From: a virus
Lineage: Duplodnaviria; Caudoviricetes
Strand: one strand, 5' to 3'
DNA length: 64,000 nt
Virus record (IMG/VR): IMGVR_UViG_3300044852_000047
Location: 1 to 64,000 of that record
Part shown: one piece after another, positions 46,021 to 57,277 of the stretch
How positions within the stretch are numbered: position 1 is the stretch's first letter
Layout: each line of letters opens with the position of its first letter
Program-made: the position numbers and the translations under genes
The notes under the pieces: generated by a model
The model's database searches: none
Told to the model about the DNA's origin: nothing
Seen by the model: the letters and a program-made list of their open reading frames with translations, nothing else

Positions 46021-49000
46021 GTGAATTTGACCTCAATGCTTACTTGTCCCGTCCCACTGCGCCTCCTAGTGAGGGTAATGGAACTTCAGAGTTTGATCTG
46101 AACAGTTATTTAAAGCGGGATAAGTTGGCGGGGGTCACTCCGTTTAAAACCATCAACCTGGATCAGGCAGTAGCCCGAGCCCAGCGCAATGTGGAACAGT
46201 CCCTGGTGGGTCACCTGGGGCTGGACCCTAATTCCATTACTGGTCAGGCAGTCAACGGCGCGGTGTCGTTTGCTTCTGGTACCAGCCGCGTGGCCGGTAA
46301 CCTGCTGACCCTGCCGCTGGACGTATTGTCTGGGCTGGCACAAGGTTCGGTCCCTAATGACGTCATTGATGCCTACTCGCGTTACACCGAGCGGCAGAAC
46401 AACCCTAATCCCGATCCAACAGCCATCTCGACCGACAGCCCGGAACAGGCAGCGGCCGATTTGGCCCTGCTCAACGGTACTGCGCAAGGCGACAGCGGTG
46501 AAGCCGGTGCCCCGCAAACCTACTTGGCTCGCCTGCAAAGCGCGGACAAGGTTCGCCAGATGGCCAAGGCGGTGGATGATCAGTTCAACATCGACCGTAC
46601 AGTAGATACCACTCGCCGCGACGTCTTCTCGGATGACCTGAAAGCCGCCACCGCCAATGGTGTGGCGGATCTGCGTCAAGCCGCACATGACTGGAACTAC
46701 GGGGATACCCCGGGCGAGACCGCCTCGGCCTTGAAGAACGGGATCTTCGGCACGGCCAGGACCGTGGGTAATGCGCTGGCGACGATCGCTACACATCCGG
46801 CCGCCATTGCCGAGTACACCGCAGAGAACATTCCGCAGCTGGCCATGGCCGCCAAAAGCGCCACGGCAATGGCCTTGAGCAATGCTGGTTATGGTTTCGA
46901 CAACTACCGCCAAGGCATCACCGATTACCAGAAAGAAAACGATGGGATGCAGCCGACCTCAGCGGATCGCCTGAAGATGGGCCTGTTCTCGGCCAGCGCC
47001 GCGTTGGCGGAAAACGTCGGTGAATCCAACCTGGTCAAAGGCCTGATGGGCCATTCCAGCAGCAATATCGTGAAGGCGGTGGGTAAGGGCGCTGCCACCG
47101 AAGGGGCGACCGAGACTTACCAGTCCTACGCGGAAGGGCAAGGCTCGCTGCAACCGGCCAGTCTGGAGTCCATTGTGGAAGGTGGCACCATCGGCGCAGC
47201 CGTCGGCGGCACCATTCATGCCGTAGGGCATGGTAACCACGGCGAGGCCACGGCGCAGGTTGAGCAGAACAAGGCGGTGGAAGACGCCTTCTCCAAAGCG
47301 GTGGAGACGGGTGACGTCACGCCTTTGACAGACACTACCAGTCCAACCTACGCCCCTGAGCGTGCGGTACAGGCACTTCATGCTGCCGTGCTGGCGCCGG
47401 ATGCGACCGAAGAGGTCAAGCAAGCCAGCCTGAAACAGGCCGATGTGATTCAGGCGGATCTGCACCAGCAGATCAAGGACATCAAGGACACCCAGACCCT
47501 CTATTCGCCGGATATGCAGGCGAACATGCAGGAAAAGATCGCTGAGAAGCAGGACCTGTTGAAAACAGCGCCGGCTGATGAGCAGGTCACCTTGCAACAG
47601 CAGATCCGTTCCTACGAGAACACGCTCGATACGGCACGCAACTACGACCCTGCGGCAGACAACGCCAAGCTAGAGCAGTTGACCCAGCAGCAAGAAGCCA
47701 CCAGTGCTGCGGTGCAGCAGTTGCACATCGATGCCAGCCCCGAGACCGGGCAAGTGGAATCCCTGGTTTCACAGGTCAACGCTCCCGCCGCCGAGGACAA
47801 CAAGGCCGCCGCTGAACAGCTGATGACCTTGACCATGTCCAACCCGGAGAGCCTGAGCCCGGAGCACATCAACAGTCTGCTGGACAACCCCGACAACCAG
47901 TTGACCCCGGAGCAACGGGACTCGCTGCGCGCCTTCAATGAAGCGCAAGTGGCGACCAATACGCTGAAAAGTAAAGACGCGGTCAGCACTGACATCTTCA
48001 CCGGCGGGGAAGGGTTCAAGGGCCTGGACGAATATCGTTCACGGTTCCGTACCGCCATGAGCACCGGCAACCCGGCACTGGCGCAGTCTGAAGTGACGCA
48101 GCTGCAAGCGTTTGCCGCCAGTCGTGAGCAAAAAGCTCAGGTACTGGCCGATGCCTACAACCAGGTCAAGGGCACGGCGGACAGTCTGCAAGTGGTCAAG
48201 ACTGATAATGGCTGGGAGATCCAGCCGCCTACCATGAGTAAACGCCAACTTCGTGCGAACGGTGGTCTGTTCGTCGATCGGACCACCTTTGCCATCCGTG
48301 ACGCGGTCCAGCTGGAAGCCAAGGCACTGAGCAAGACTGCTGATTCCATGGCTTCGCTGTTGCCATCGATCAAAGCCGCCGCACCGGTTACTCAAGCCAG
48401 TGCCCCGGCAACCACGTCCGCAGATACGCAATTACGTTCGTACATAAGCACGCCAGTAACCACCGACACCGCTACGCAGGCTACGTCGGAACAAGCACCG
48501 GTATCTGACAATGCAGCGCCGGTCTCGGATAACCTGAGTACGCCTGTTACCCCCGAAGCGGCGGCGGAGCCTGCCAAAGAAGACGGTACGCTGGACGTGA
48601 TCAAGAACACGCCCAAGGTCGAGGACACTGGTGTCGCCCCGGGCGAGTACACCAAGGGCAGCATGATTGGCAAGTTCTTCACCCAGCAAGCCAAAGGCGC
48701 CAAGGATGCAACGGCGCGTCCGCTGGTCGCGATGAAGGACTTCATCAGCAAGCTGAAGAACGATCGGGCGGTGGCCCAGTTGTTCATGGAAGACCGTGCG
48801 CCCCTGTCTCCGGCACAGGAACAGGCTGTGCAAGGCTTCCTTCAGTTTGCCGCCAAGGCCTTCCCGCACATCGAGAAGAACGTCAGCCGCAAGCTCAAGG
48901 GCGAGCAGTATCAATGGCAGGACTACGCCCAGCAGTTGTTGCAGGCGGACGGTACCCTGCCGCAGAACGTCAAGACGGCGATTGCCTACTCGATGTTTGC

Positions 49001-52000
49001 CCAGGTCAACGACATGGCCGGCGACCTGTTCAACGATGCACGGGCGATCAATACGATCCTTGGCTTGCCGTCGGACACCATCCCGAGCCGCGCCGCGTAT
49101 GCACTGCTGAGCACCATCGGCACCACCGAAGCCATCGCTGCCGCAAGCCTTGGGCAGACCATCGTCCAAGCCAGTGGCTTCAAGGCGGTCAAGGGTGCAC
49201 CAGTCAATGAGAAGGCTCGCCTAGAGACCGCACTGGGATTCCTGGCCATGAACAGCCTGGTCACCATGGGCGTTGGCGAGAAGGTTCGTGTCAGTGACGC
49301 CAAGATGCAGGCCGCCAAAGGTCGGGTCAGTGACCCTAATGAGCCGGTACAACTGAACAGAGACACTACCTTCTTCCGCCTCAAGGCCAGCCGTAATGCC
49401 GACAACAAGTTGGTGGTCAGTGATCAGGCGCAGGCCGTCCGTGAAGCCAGCAAGGGTACACAGGGTGCACTGGACAAGTTGTTCAGTGTGCAGTCGCGCT
49501 CGACAGAGCCAAGCCTGAAGCCTATCCCGTTCACTCAGGACAAGGCCAAGCGTACCCAACAGGGCATTAGCAGCACGCAAAGCCAGCTACTGGACAAGGT
49601 GGCCAAGCGCAAGCACGTCCTCAAGCAGAACATGTGGCAAGTCTGGGGTCAGCTAAGCAATCAGGCCCGCTATGCCATGGCCGGTGTGGTCAATGAAGAC
49701 CCGGTACATGTGGTCAACCAACAGTCGACCCAGGCCAAGAATGACGCATTGATGCAGGAAGTCGACAACGCTCAGGACTGGTTCAGCAACACCCTGGGCA
49801 AGACCAAGAACGCCCTGGACACTGCGTTCTACTTCATGCCGAGCGTGTGGAGCAACTACCGGGTGGGTCTGGCGCAGAACGTCATCAACCCACAAACCAG
49901 CAAAGTGCATCGCTACCTGATCAAGCAACAAGGATGGGACACGCCGATCAAGTTGGATGATCCGGCTAGCTTCCTGCACTTCCAGTTGCGGGTACTGGAA
50001 GGCTTCGGCGTCAAGACTGAAGGCAACAAGACCTCGGCGGTGATCTCCGATGCCAAAGACGGCTGGCAGGCGCAGTTGGCCAAGCCGGAAATCAAGGCAG
50101 CGGTGGATGAACTGGTCAAGTCGCTCAATGGTGAGCAGCTGAATGAATCCGTGGTTGTGGCTGGGGTCAAGGCCGGTGGTGAAGGCTTCCACTCGCTGGC
50201 GGCGCTGACCGCGCTGGCTGAAATGCAGATGGCCACCGAGTCGGGGCAGCGCACGTTTACCACGGACTTGCCTGGTGAAGTGGACGGGGTCAACAACGGC
50301 CCACAACTGTCGATGCTGTACACCGGCACCTCCAGCGAAGCAATCATGGCGCAAGGCGGGTTCTTCACCAACGACCAGCATGCCCAGTTCTCCGACTATA
50401 AAGCGGTACCGGGCAACCACGACATGTACCAGGGCCTGATGGCCAAGATCCTTACACAGATGGACCCCAAGTACCGTGACGCCCGCGTGGCGCTGGAAGG
50501 AGTGATCGGTGAGCTGGCGGATGCCGCCGGCAACATCAAGAAGGCCGGTCGTAACATCGTCAAGACGCCACTGACCGCCGTGATGTTTGGTTCGGGTATT
50601 GGTCGCGCCGTGGCGTCGATGCAGGAAACCTTCATCGAGAACCTGTACAGCAAGATCGAGCAGGTGGCAGGCCTGCCCTTTGCCCAGCAGCAAGCGGCCA
50701 TGGGTGACCTAGTAGGGCACCTCAATACACTGATCAAGACCGGTGATCCAAAGGCGGCCCTGCTGCACCCGAAATCGTCCGTCGACCAGATGATGACCAC
50801 CGAGCTGAGCAAGCAGCAGACGCAAGCCATCAGCCAAGCCTTCCTGCACGTCATCGGGCAGGCCGCGACTAACACCATGAAGAATGAGTTCGGGGTGTTC
50901 ATCGAGCGGCGCGACACCATCAACAAAACGGCGACCCGCGCCTATCGCCTGTACGCACTGGCGGAAAGTATTCTGCGCCAGCAGATACTGGAAGCGGCTG
51001 GCAATACCACCACCCGTGTGCGTGAAGGCAAGACTGACTTTCTGCATGACCTGACTGCGACACAGCAAGCTGAGTTGGACGCCCAGCTGAACAATGTGGC
51101 GCCTATCATGCACACCGCGCTGTCGTTGATGAGCGGCGAGCGCAATACCGGGATGATGTTGGCCAAGACCAAGAACACCTCGAGCAACGACACGGCCTAC
51201 AGCAGTGAGCTGGACTTTGGGCAGAAGATCCCGCAGGTGGACGATAAGGGTGTAGCCCTCAAGGATACCCAGTCGACCAAGTCCGGCGGTACTCGCCGGG
51301 TACTGGCTGAGCCAGGGGTCGGTACCATGAGCCGCGGTATTCACTCCACGGACAGTGCCAACGCGGTGCTGACCTACGGCGAACACCCAGCGATCAACAT
51401 CCACGATGCGGTACTGACCGGGATTGGTCATTTGGCTTCGGCGGCACAGGCGTTCAACAAGAACACCTTCAACGTGATGCTCAACTACTCGCCGGCACAT
51501 GAAGTACAGAAGACCTTCGAGCAGACGCTGATTGGTTTCGCTGAGTTGATGCAGGACAAAGAATTCGCCAAGCTGGCGGCCCCGCACCTGGAAGAAGTCT
51601 TCACGGACTACAACCGCAAGGGCGAAGGGTTCACCACCTTGCCTAGTTCGCAGCTGCAACAGATCCGCGGGACGGCGCTGGCGGCTGACCACAACAAGTT
51701 CAGCTCCATGGCTTCAATGACCTCGGTCGGGCAGTACGCCACCGAAGGCGGTAGCTACGCCGTTACCGAGGCCGACCGTGCCGCCGCTCTGAAGGCTCAA
51801 GAGAAACTGGTCAACCGCAGCAACCCACAGGCCGACAGTGCGATGGAAGTGCTGGAAGATCATGTGGAGCCGCAGGCGCTGGACGTACAGAAGACCGCTC
51901 TGGCGCAAGGCAGCATCGAGACCGCTACGGCAGCCACGGGTTTGAATGCCCTGGTGTCGATCAAGGACTCGGTCAGCGAAACCATGCAACAGGACATCGC

Positions 52001-55000
52001 CCAGGTGTCCCAGACCATGCTGGAGCAGAACATTCCGTTGGGGCAAGCCATCCAGGTATTGGACCCGGTGTCCCAGACCAACCTACGCGAAGCCGTGCAG
52101 GAGAATGCCCGTGCCCAGCAATCGGTGTGGGGTGAAGTCGGTAAGCCGCGCTTCGAAAGCGACCCGGTGCTGGAAGCGCTGGTGAGTCGTGTCGGCATGA
52201 CTAGCCACCAGCTGATCGATAACCTGATCCTGCACCTGGACAGCGTATTGCCTAAGGCACAGGCCCAGTTCCATAAGGAATTGCTGCAAAACGTGCGCAG
52301 CGTAACCCGGGATATTCCGGTGACCTACGTCACCCCACACACTGGCCCGGAAGGCGCCATGGGTGAGGGTGTCGACAAGTCTCGGGGCTGGTTTGCCCAG
52401 CGCGGTACCGTTCAGGGTCTGTACATCAAGTCCTCGGACTTCGTGGAATCCGGGATCACTGCGGAACTGTTGACCCATGAACTGGTGCATGCCGCGCTGT
52501 CGGGTACGGTGCAGACGGAACTGAACCGCGCCCAGCGCAACCCGAACTACAGCAGTGACGCCTTGTCGCTGGTGCGTGACCTGCAAGCGCTGCAAGCGAA
52601 AGCCCAACAACTGGTGCAGGCCAACGGTGCGCTGTCGGCCAAGTACGCCAATGCCACCAGCAACGTGCATGAGCTGATCAGCTGGGGCCTGACCAACCAG
52701 TCGTTCCAGACGGAGGTCCTGAAACAGATCAGCGTACCGGCGTCCGTGGGCAACCGTTTGTTGAACGGTGTACAAGCGTTTGTGCAGAAGATCACGGGTC
52801 TGTTGTTCAAGGGTTCGCCTAAGAGCGTCAACCAGCGTCAGGCCACTGGCATGGGACTGCTGCTGGCCAACACTGCTGGCTTGTTCAAGGCCGCCGCTGA
52901 GCGCCGTGATACCGCCAACCGGGAGCAGACCTTCAAGTACGAAGATGCTATGGACTCGGTCCAGGGCATGACTACCGATCAGGTGTACAGCGCACTGGCG
53001 GATTCGCCATCCGGCAACAAGGTCACCGATCCCCACCACGACAACGTGCTGCGTACTGTGTTGAGCAACATTGTCAGCAAGATCTATGGCCCGCACGGTG
53101 CATTCCATGAGCAGGCGCAAGCCAATGTGGCGATGACCGCCAGTGATGTGTTCCTCAAGTCGCTGGACACCGGCAAGCTGCCGTTTGCGTCGGCGGCACT
53201 GGCCTCGTCGTTCATTATCAGCGAGCAGGAAGCCTATGTACTGGAACAAGTCGAGGCGACTACCCAGTACGCCATGACCAGCAAAGAAACGCTGTTCGTC
53301 CGTTCGGCGTTGGAAGGGTTGTTCCAGCAAGCCAAGGCCAAGGTACAGGCGCGTGACTTCTATGCCGGTGACTGGTCTCAGGCCAGTGATCAGGCCAAGG
53401 CCACGGCACAGGCCAAGCACGACTTCCTGTTCAAGGCGACCTCCAATGCCGACGGCACGTCCAGTTACCTGGCCCGTTTCGCCGCACTGGGTCTGGCCAG
53501 CCAGGAAGTCAGCAAGGTCTTGCAGTTCGGTACCAGTAGTACACAGACAGCGCTGAGCAGCCTGTCAATCGGTGGCAAGATCATCGAACTGTTCAACCGT
53601 CTGCTGGCCAAGATCGCCCAGATCAACACCCGGACCTATACCGGTCAACAGGCCAATTCCCAGCTGGGACAGCTGGTCAGTCAACTGGTGGACATCGAGG
53701 CCAAGCGCAAGACACGCATGCAGGAAGCCAAGCTCAACACCTTGGACAAGCTCGAAGGCTTTATTGACGGTGGCTTGAAGTACAAGCGTCGCACCGGCCG
53801 TTCGGCTATTGCTGATTCCACCCTGTTCAAGGTGGCCTCGTCGCCACTGATTCAGGCAGTCGGGCACGCCACTACTATTCTCGCCCGGTCCCGGGTAGGT
53901 GAAGTGATGGACCGGATCAGCCTGATTCGAGACAACGCCATGAAGGGTCGCCAGGGTATCGCTATGGGCGTGATTAATGAGATCCAGGGCGTCACCGACA
54001 GTAAGCGGGCGGCCAAAGAGTTGCTGGACGGCGCCAAGTTCATTGAGCAAGGTCGTCAACACACCAACGACTATTCGGTGGATGCGGTCAACGGTTCGTT
54101 CCGCAACGGTAGCCAGGACTTGTCAGGGGTTGAACGGACTGCACTGACCCGCACCTTCCTGCGCACCAATGCGCATGCGTTGCTGGACCGCTTCGACATG
54201 ACTAGGGTTACCGCGCTGCTGAATGACCCGGTGCAGATGAGGCAGGAACGCGAAGCGCTGGAGCAGCAAGTGAAAGCGCTGGGCAGCAATGCCAACTACT
54301 ACCTGGTACAGACCAAGCATCTGGCCTACCACCGAGTGATCGGTGGATCGACCAGCGCCATGCAGATGCAGAGCGCCGAGAACATTGCCCAGTTGGTAGG
54401 TACCCACTTGCACGGCAGCGTGTCGGACACACAAGCCAAGGCTGCCGCTGATCTGCTGCGTCCGCTGATGGCGATGTACGCCCTGAATTACACCGATGCG
54501 GCCCAGAAGGCTCCGGCGCTGAAAGTGCTTCGTCAGGAAACCGGCCGTGAGGGTGGTGCCAATGGGGTTGAATACCTGTTGCTGCAACACAAGGCCCTGC
54601 TCAAGGACGCCAAGTCCAGCGTGTTCAATGGCAATGAAGCCCTGTTCGCTGATGGCTTCGTGCCGGAGATCCACGATCCTAAGATCGAGGTGGTGGCGGC
54701 GCACACACCGGAAACCATTGCCTACTTGCAAAAGTCGGGATTCGCTACGCCACCTACCGGCGGCAAGGTGCAACAGGACCCACATGTCCAGGGTCACCCG
54801 GACACAGTGCTGTTAACCCGTCGCGGCAGTGGCCAGGCGGACATCCTCACCGGCGCCGTGAGTTACACAAACCTGCATGCCAAAGGCACGCCGGTGGAAC
54901 GTCATGACGGGGCGATTAACCTGCTGGGCGGTTCGATGGGCGCCAACCAGGCCACGGTCAACCACATCCTGGTAGCACGGGATGCGGAGATCCGTGCCAT

Positions 55001-56507
55001 GTTCACCACCGATGGCTTGACGTTTGACCCACGCAAGCAACAAACCGGTCGTGCCGTGCCGTTGCTGCGCCCGGACGGTTCGGTGGCGGACTTTCGCTAC
55101 ACCATGACCGAGGACAACCGTGATGCTTTACTGGATCGCAACAACGACATGGCCAAGCTGATCGGCGCACTGGCGGCCAGTACCGTGGACAAGGTCAACA
55201 GCACACAACAGAACCGCGACGTGGTGCGGACCCTGCGCGAGCAGTACCGTGAGGATTACGCCAACCGGCCGAGCAGTTACATCAAGGTCGGGCGTGACAG
55301 CACCGATGCACGGCTGCGCGAGCAGTACCACTTGCTGTCGGATGACATCCGCGCCGAGATCAAGCGTATCTGGAAGTCGGACAACATGATGATCCCGGCC
55401 GACCAGCTGGACATGATCATGGGCTACCGCAAATACAGCCTGACCGAAGCGTTCAAGAACGTGAAGGGCAGCAAGGCTGAGGTCTACGCGGATTGGCATG
55501 CCGGGGAGTTCAATGACCGCAATCTCAGCGAGAAGCTGATGATTGGCGTGACCACCGCACTCTGGGGCGAGAAGGCCGGCTGGCGCGTGGGCAAGGCCGA
55601 GGACGCAATTCAGGAAATCATGAAGGCTACCAAGGACATCCTGGTGATCAAGTCGATCACCACGATGATTGGCAACATCAAGAGCAACCTGTCGTTGTTA
55701 CTGGCTTATGGGGTACCGCTGAATAAGCTGATCGCCAACCATGCGGTAGCAATCAAGGGGGCGCTGGACTACCGCAAGGACAACAAGCGATTGATGCAGC
55801 TGGAGATGGCCGTGAACGGCGGATACGTGCCCCAGGGTCAGGCAAACGTCGAGGAGGAGATGGTGATGTTGCGGGACCGTATTGCCCGCAACCCGGTAAA
55901 AGACCTGATCGATGCCGGCCTGATGCCAACGATCGTGGAAGACGTGGATGCCATGGACAACCAATACAGCTACAAGTCGCGCCTGACCAAAGCCATTGAC
56001 GACCGTACCCAGTGGGTCCCGGGACTGGCCAAGACCGTGGTCAAGGAAGGTCTGCTGTTCACCCATGACTCTATGGCCTACAAATTCCTCAGCCAGTCCA
56101 CTCAGCTTTCCGACTTCGTGGCGCGTTATACCTTGTACGAGCACCTGATCAGCCGTCCTACGGATACCCTGAGTTCGGTGGACGCCATGCGTCGTGCCGA
56201 GGATGCGTTCATCAACTACGACATTCCGTCGCACCGGTCGATCCAGTACATGAACGACATGGGCTTGTTGATGTTCACCAAGTACTACCTGCGTATCCAG
56301 AAGGTGATCGCCCAGCTGTTCAAGGAGAAACCAACACGGGTACTGGCCACCGTCATGTACGGTCACTATGTACAGGGTGCGTCGGTGGTCACCGACTCCA
56401 GCTGGCTGCACCGCATCGGGCATAATCCGCTGGGTAACAGCATCCTCGGTGCACCGGCGGTGATCGATGAACTGCCTGGGGTCAAGGGTCTGTTGAATGT
56501 GTTGTAA
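46017..56507 (+). CDS. Virion-encapsidated RNA polymerase (N4 gp50-like)
   Basis: 3,496 aa; EVDGVNNG (motif A), RNIVKTPLTAVMFGSG (motif B), IHDAV (motif C); no Cys seen. Confidence 0.95.
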   Translation: MSEFDLNAYLSRPTAPPSEGNGTSEFDLNSYLKRDKLAGVTPFKTINLDQAVARAQRNVEQSLVGHLGLDPNSITGQAVNGAVSFASGTSRVAGNLLTLPLDVLSGLAQGSVPNDVIDAYSRYTERQNNPNPDPTAISTDSPEQAAADLALLNGTAQGDSGEAGAPQTYLARLQSADKVRQMAKAVDDQFNIDRTVDTTRRDVFSDDLKAATANGVADLRQAAHDWNYGDTPGETASALKNGIFGTARTVGNALATIATHPAAIAEYTAENIPQLAMAAKSATAMALSNAGYGFDNYRQGITDYQKENDGMQPTSADRLKMGLFSASAALAENVGESNLVKGLMGHSSSNIVKAVGKGAATEGATETYQSYAEGQGSLQPASLESIVEGGTIGAAVGGTIHAVGHGNHGEATAQVEQNKAVEDAFSKAVETGDVTPLTDTTSPTYAPERAVQALHAAVLAPDATEEVKQASLKQADVIQADLHQQIKDIKDTQTLYSPDMQANMQEKIAEKQDLLKTAPADEQVTLQQQIRSYENTLDTARNYDPAADNAKLEQLTQQQEATSAAVQQLHIDASPETGQVESLVSQVNAPAAEDNKAAAEQLMTLTMSNPESLSPEHINSLLDNPDNQLTPEQRDSLRAFNEAQVATNTLKSKDAVSTDIFTGGEGFKGLDEYRSRFRTAMSTGNPALAQSEVTQLQAFAASREQKAQVLADAYNQVKGTADSLQVVKTDNGWEIQPPTMSKRQLRANGGLFVDRTTFAIRDAVQLEAKALSKTADSMASLLPSIKAAAPVTQASAPATTSADTQLRSYISTPVTTDTATQATSEQAPVSDNAAPVSDNLSTPVTPEAAAEPAKEDGTLDVIKNTPKVEDTGVAPGEYTKGSMIGKFFTQQAKGAKDATARPLVAMKDFISKLKNDRAVAQLFMEDRAPLSPAQEQAVQGFLQFAAKAFPHIEKNVSRKLKGEQYQWQDYAQQLLQADGTLPQNVKTAIAYSMFAQVNDMAGDLFNDARAINTILGLPSDTIPSRAAYALLSTIGTTEAIAAASLGQTIVQASGFKAVKGAPVNEKARLETALGFLAMNSLVTMGVGEKVRVSDAKMQAAKGRVSDPNEPVQLNRDTTFFRLKASRNADNKLVVSDQAQAVREASKGTQGALDKLFSVQSRSTEPSLKPIPFTQDKAKRTQQGISSTQSQLLDKVAKRKHVLKQNMWQVWGQLSNQARYAMAGVVNEDPVHVVNQQSTQAKNDALMQEVDNAQDWFSNTLGKTKNALDTAFYFMPSVWSNYRVGLAQNVINPQTSKVHRYLIKQQGWDTPIKLDDPASFLHFQLRVLEGFGVKTEGNKTSAVISDAKDGWQAQLAKPEIKAAVDELVKSLNGEQLNESVVVAGVKAGGEGFHSLAALTALAEMQMATESGQRTFTTDLPGEVDGVNNGPQLSMLYTGTSSEAIMAQGGFFTNDQHAQFSDYKAVPGNHDMYQGLMAKILTQMDPKYRDARVALEGVIGELADAAGNIKKAGRNIVKTPLTAVMFGSGIGRAVASMQETFIENLYSKIEQVAGLPFAQQQAAMGDLVGHLNTLIKTGDPKAALLHPKSSVDQMMTTELSKQQTQAISQAFLHVIGQAATNTMKNEFGVFIERRDTINKTATRAYRLYALAESILRQQILEAAGNTTTRVREGKTDFLHDLTATQQAELDAQLNNVAPIMHTALSLMSGERNTGMMLAKTKNTSSNDTAYSSELDFGQKIPQVDDKGVALKDTQSTKSGGTRRVLAEPGVGTMSRGIHSTDSANAVLTYGEHPAINIHDAVLTGIGHLASAAQAFNKNTFNVMLNYSPAHEVQKTFEQTLIGFAELMQDKEFAKLAAPHLEEVFTDYNRKGEGFTTLPSSQLQQIRGTALAADHNKFSSMASMTSVGQYATEGGSYAVTEADRAAALKAQEKLVNRSNPQADSAMEVLEDHVEPQALDVQKTALAQGSIETATAATGLNALVSIKDSVSETMQQDIAQVSQTMLEQNIPLGQAIQVLDPVSQTNLREAVQENARAQQSVWGEVGKPRFESDPVLEALVSRVGMTSHQLIDNLILHLDSVLPKAQAQFHKELLQNVRSVTRDIPVTYVTPHTGPEGAMGEGVDKSRGWFAQRGTVQGLYIKSSDFVESGITAELLTHELVHAALSGTVQTELNRAQRNPNYSSDALSLVRDLQALQAKAQQLVQANGALSAKYANATSNVHELISWGLTNQSFQTEVLKQISVPASVGNRLLNGVQAFVQKITGLLFKGSPKSVNQRQATGMGLLLANTAGLFKAAAERRDTANREQTFKYEDAMDSVQGMTTDQVYSALADSPSGNKVTDPHHDNVLRTVLSNIVSKIYGPHGAFHEQAQANVAMTASDVFLKSLDTGKLPFASAALASSFIISEQEAYVLEQVEATTQYAMTSKETLFVRSALEGLFQQAKAKVQARDFYAGDWSQASDQAKATAQAKHDFLFKATSNADGTSSYLARFAALGLASQEVSKVLQFGTSSTQTALSSLSIGGKIIELFNRLLAKIAQINTRTYTGQQANSQLGQLVSQLVDIEAKRKTRMQEAKLNTLDKLEGFIDGGLKYKRRTGRSAIADSTLFKVASSPLIQAVGHATTILARSRVGEVMDRISLIRDNAMKGRQGIAMGVINEIQGVTDSKRAAKELLDGAKFIEQGRQHTNDYSVDAVNGSFRNGSQDLSGVERTALTRTFLRTNAHALLDRFDMTRVTALLNDPVQMRQEREALEQQVKALGSNANYYLVQTKHLAYHRVIGGSTSAMQMQSAENIAQLVGTHLHGSVSDTQAKAAADLLRPLMAMYALNYTDAAQKAPALKVLRQETGREGGANGVEYLLLQHKALLKDAKSSVFNGNEALFADGFVPEIHDPKIEVVAAHTPETIAYLQKSGFATPPTGGKVQQDPHVQGHPDTVLLTRRGSGQADILTGAVSYTNLHAKGTPVERHDGAINLLGGSMGANQATVNHILVARDAEIRAMFTTDGLTFDPRKQQTGRAVPLLRPDGSVADFRYTMTEDNRDALLDRNNDMAKLIGALAASTVDKVNSTQQNRDVVRTLREQYREDYANRPSSYIKVGRDSTDARLREQYHLLSDDIRAEIKRIWKSDNMMIPADQLDMIMGYRKYSLTEAFKNVKGSKAEVYADWHAGEFNDRNLSEKLMIGVTTALWGEKAGWRVGKAEDAIQEIMKATKDILVIKSITTMIGNIKSNLSLLLAYGVPLNKLIANHAVAIKGALDYRKDNKRLMQLEMAVNGGYVPQGQANVEEEMVMLRDRIARNPVKDLIDAGLMPTIVEDVDAMDNQYSYKSRLTKAIDDRTQWVPGLAKTVVKEGLLFTHDSMAYKFLSQSTQLSDFVARYTLYEHLISRPTDTLSSVDAMRRAEDAFINYDIPSHRSIQYMNDMGLLMFTKYYLRIQKVIAQLFKEKPTRVLATVMYGHYVQGASVVTDSSWLHRIGHNPLGNSILGAPAVIDELPGVKGLLNVL

Positions 56508-56527
56508 GGCAAACGCTTAAAAGAACG

Positions 56528-56559
56528 GCCCTCCTGGAAACAGCGAGGGCTTTTCTTTT
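56528..56559. terminator. Terminator between vRNAP and convergent block
   Basis: GCCCTC-CTG-GAAA-CAG-C-GAGGGC-TTTTCTTTT. Confidence 0.75.
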
Positions 56560-56566
56560 ACGGGTT

Positions 56567-56767
56567 TCACTCTTTTGATTCAGGTGTGTTCCACCAGTCG
56601 TACATCATATAAGCCAAGGCCAGGATGATGATGACGACCAACGCCAAGATCCCAATCACCCGGAATAGCAGGGCGAAGAAGAAGAAGGCGGCAATACCGG
56701 CCAGCACGACACCACTGGCCATGATCAAGGCAATCAGCCCTTTTAACAGTTGCCAAAGTTTCAGCAC
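56567..56767 (-). CDS. Small two-TM membrane protein
   Basis: Almost entirely hydrophobic 66 aa. Confidence 0.7.
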   Translation of the reverse strand: MLKLWQLLKGLIALIMASGVVLAGIAAFFFFALLFRVIGILALVVIIILALAYMMYDWWNTPESKE

Positions 56768-56788
56768 GTTGGACTTCCTTGGATGGGT

Positions 56789-57277
56789 TTAATGGTCCTG
56801 GCAGTAGGCTTGCACTGACTGACAGGATTCCACTGTGAAAAACCCACAGTGAAACAGTTCCCGCGGTACCTCAAAGGTAGCCGCCAGGATTTGATAGCCT
56901 TCGCTGCGGCTGTACGCGTGCCGGTCCATCCAAGCCAACATCGCTGGCTTGCAGGCACTACGCGCTTTACGCGTACGGTCATCGGCCAGGGTACCCATGG
57001 CCAGGTCGGTGAACGGGTGTAGGCCCACGTACTTGTGGCAACCTTCGCAGTAGAACGCGTAGGGCCACTTGCCAAAGCTGGTGCGGTAGATCGCTGCGTT
57101 GTTGACGATGCTGACCGTACCGCCACAGTCACATACTGGAGCGGCCAGTCGATTGCGCACCTGGGCCAGGGACTTGGGGTTGAGCGCAGGGAAGGGTGGG
57201 TACGTCGGTACTTTCTCCAACTGGCTGCGTGGATCGATGCCGAACACTTCCGGCCAAGGTTGGTCGAGTTTAGGCAT
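56789..57277 (-). CDS. DUF3268-like zinc-finger protein
   Basis: C.CGG.V...N..IY...G.WP....C..C..YVG.HP...MGTLAD..R.AR; H.G.F. Confidence 0.75.
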   Translation of the reverse strand: MPKLDQPWPEVFGIDPRSQLEKVPTYPPFPALNPKSLAQVRNRLAAPVCDCGGTVSIVNNAAIYRTSFGKWPYAFYCEGCHKYVGLHPFTDLAMGTLADDRTRKARSACKPAMLAWMDRHAYSRSEGYQILAATFEVPRELFHCGFFTVESCQSVQAYCQDH

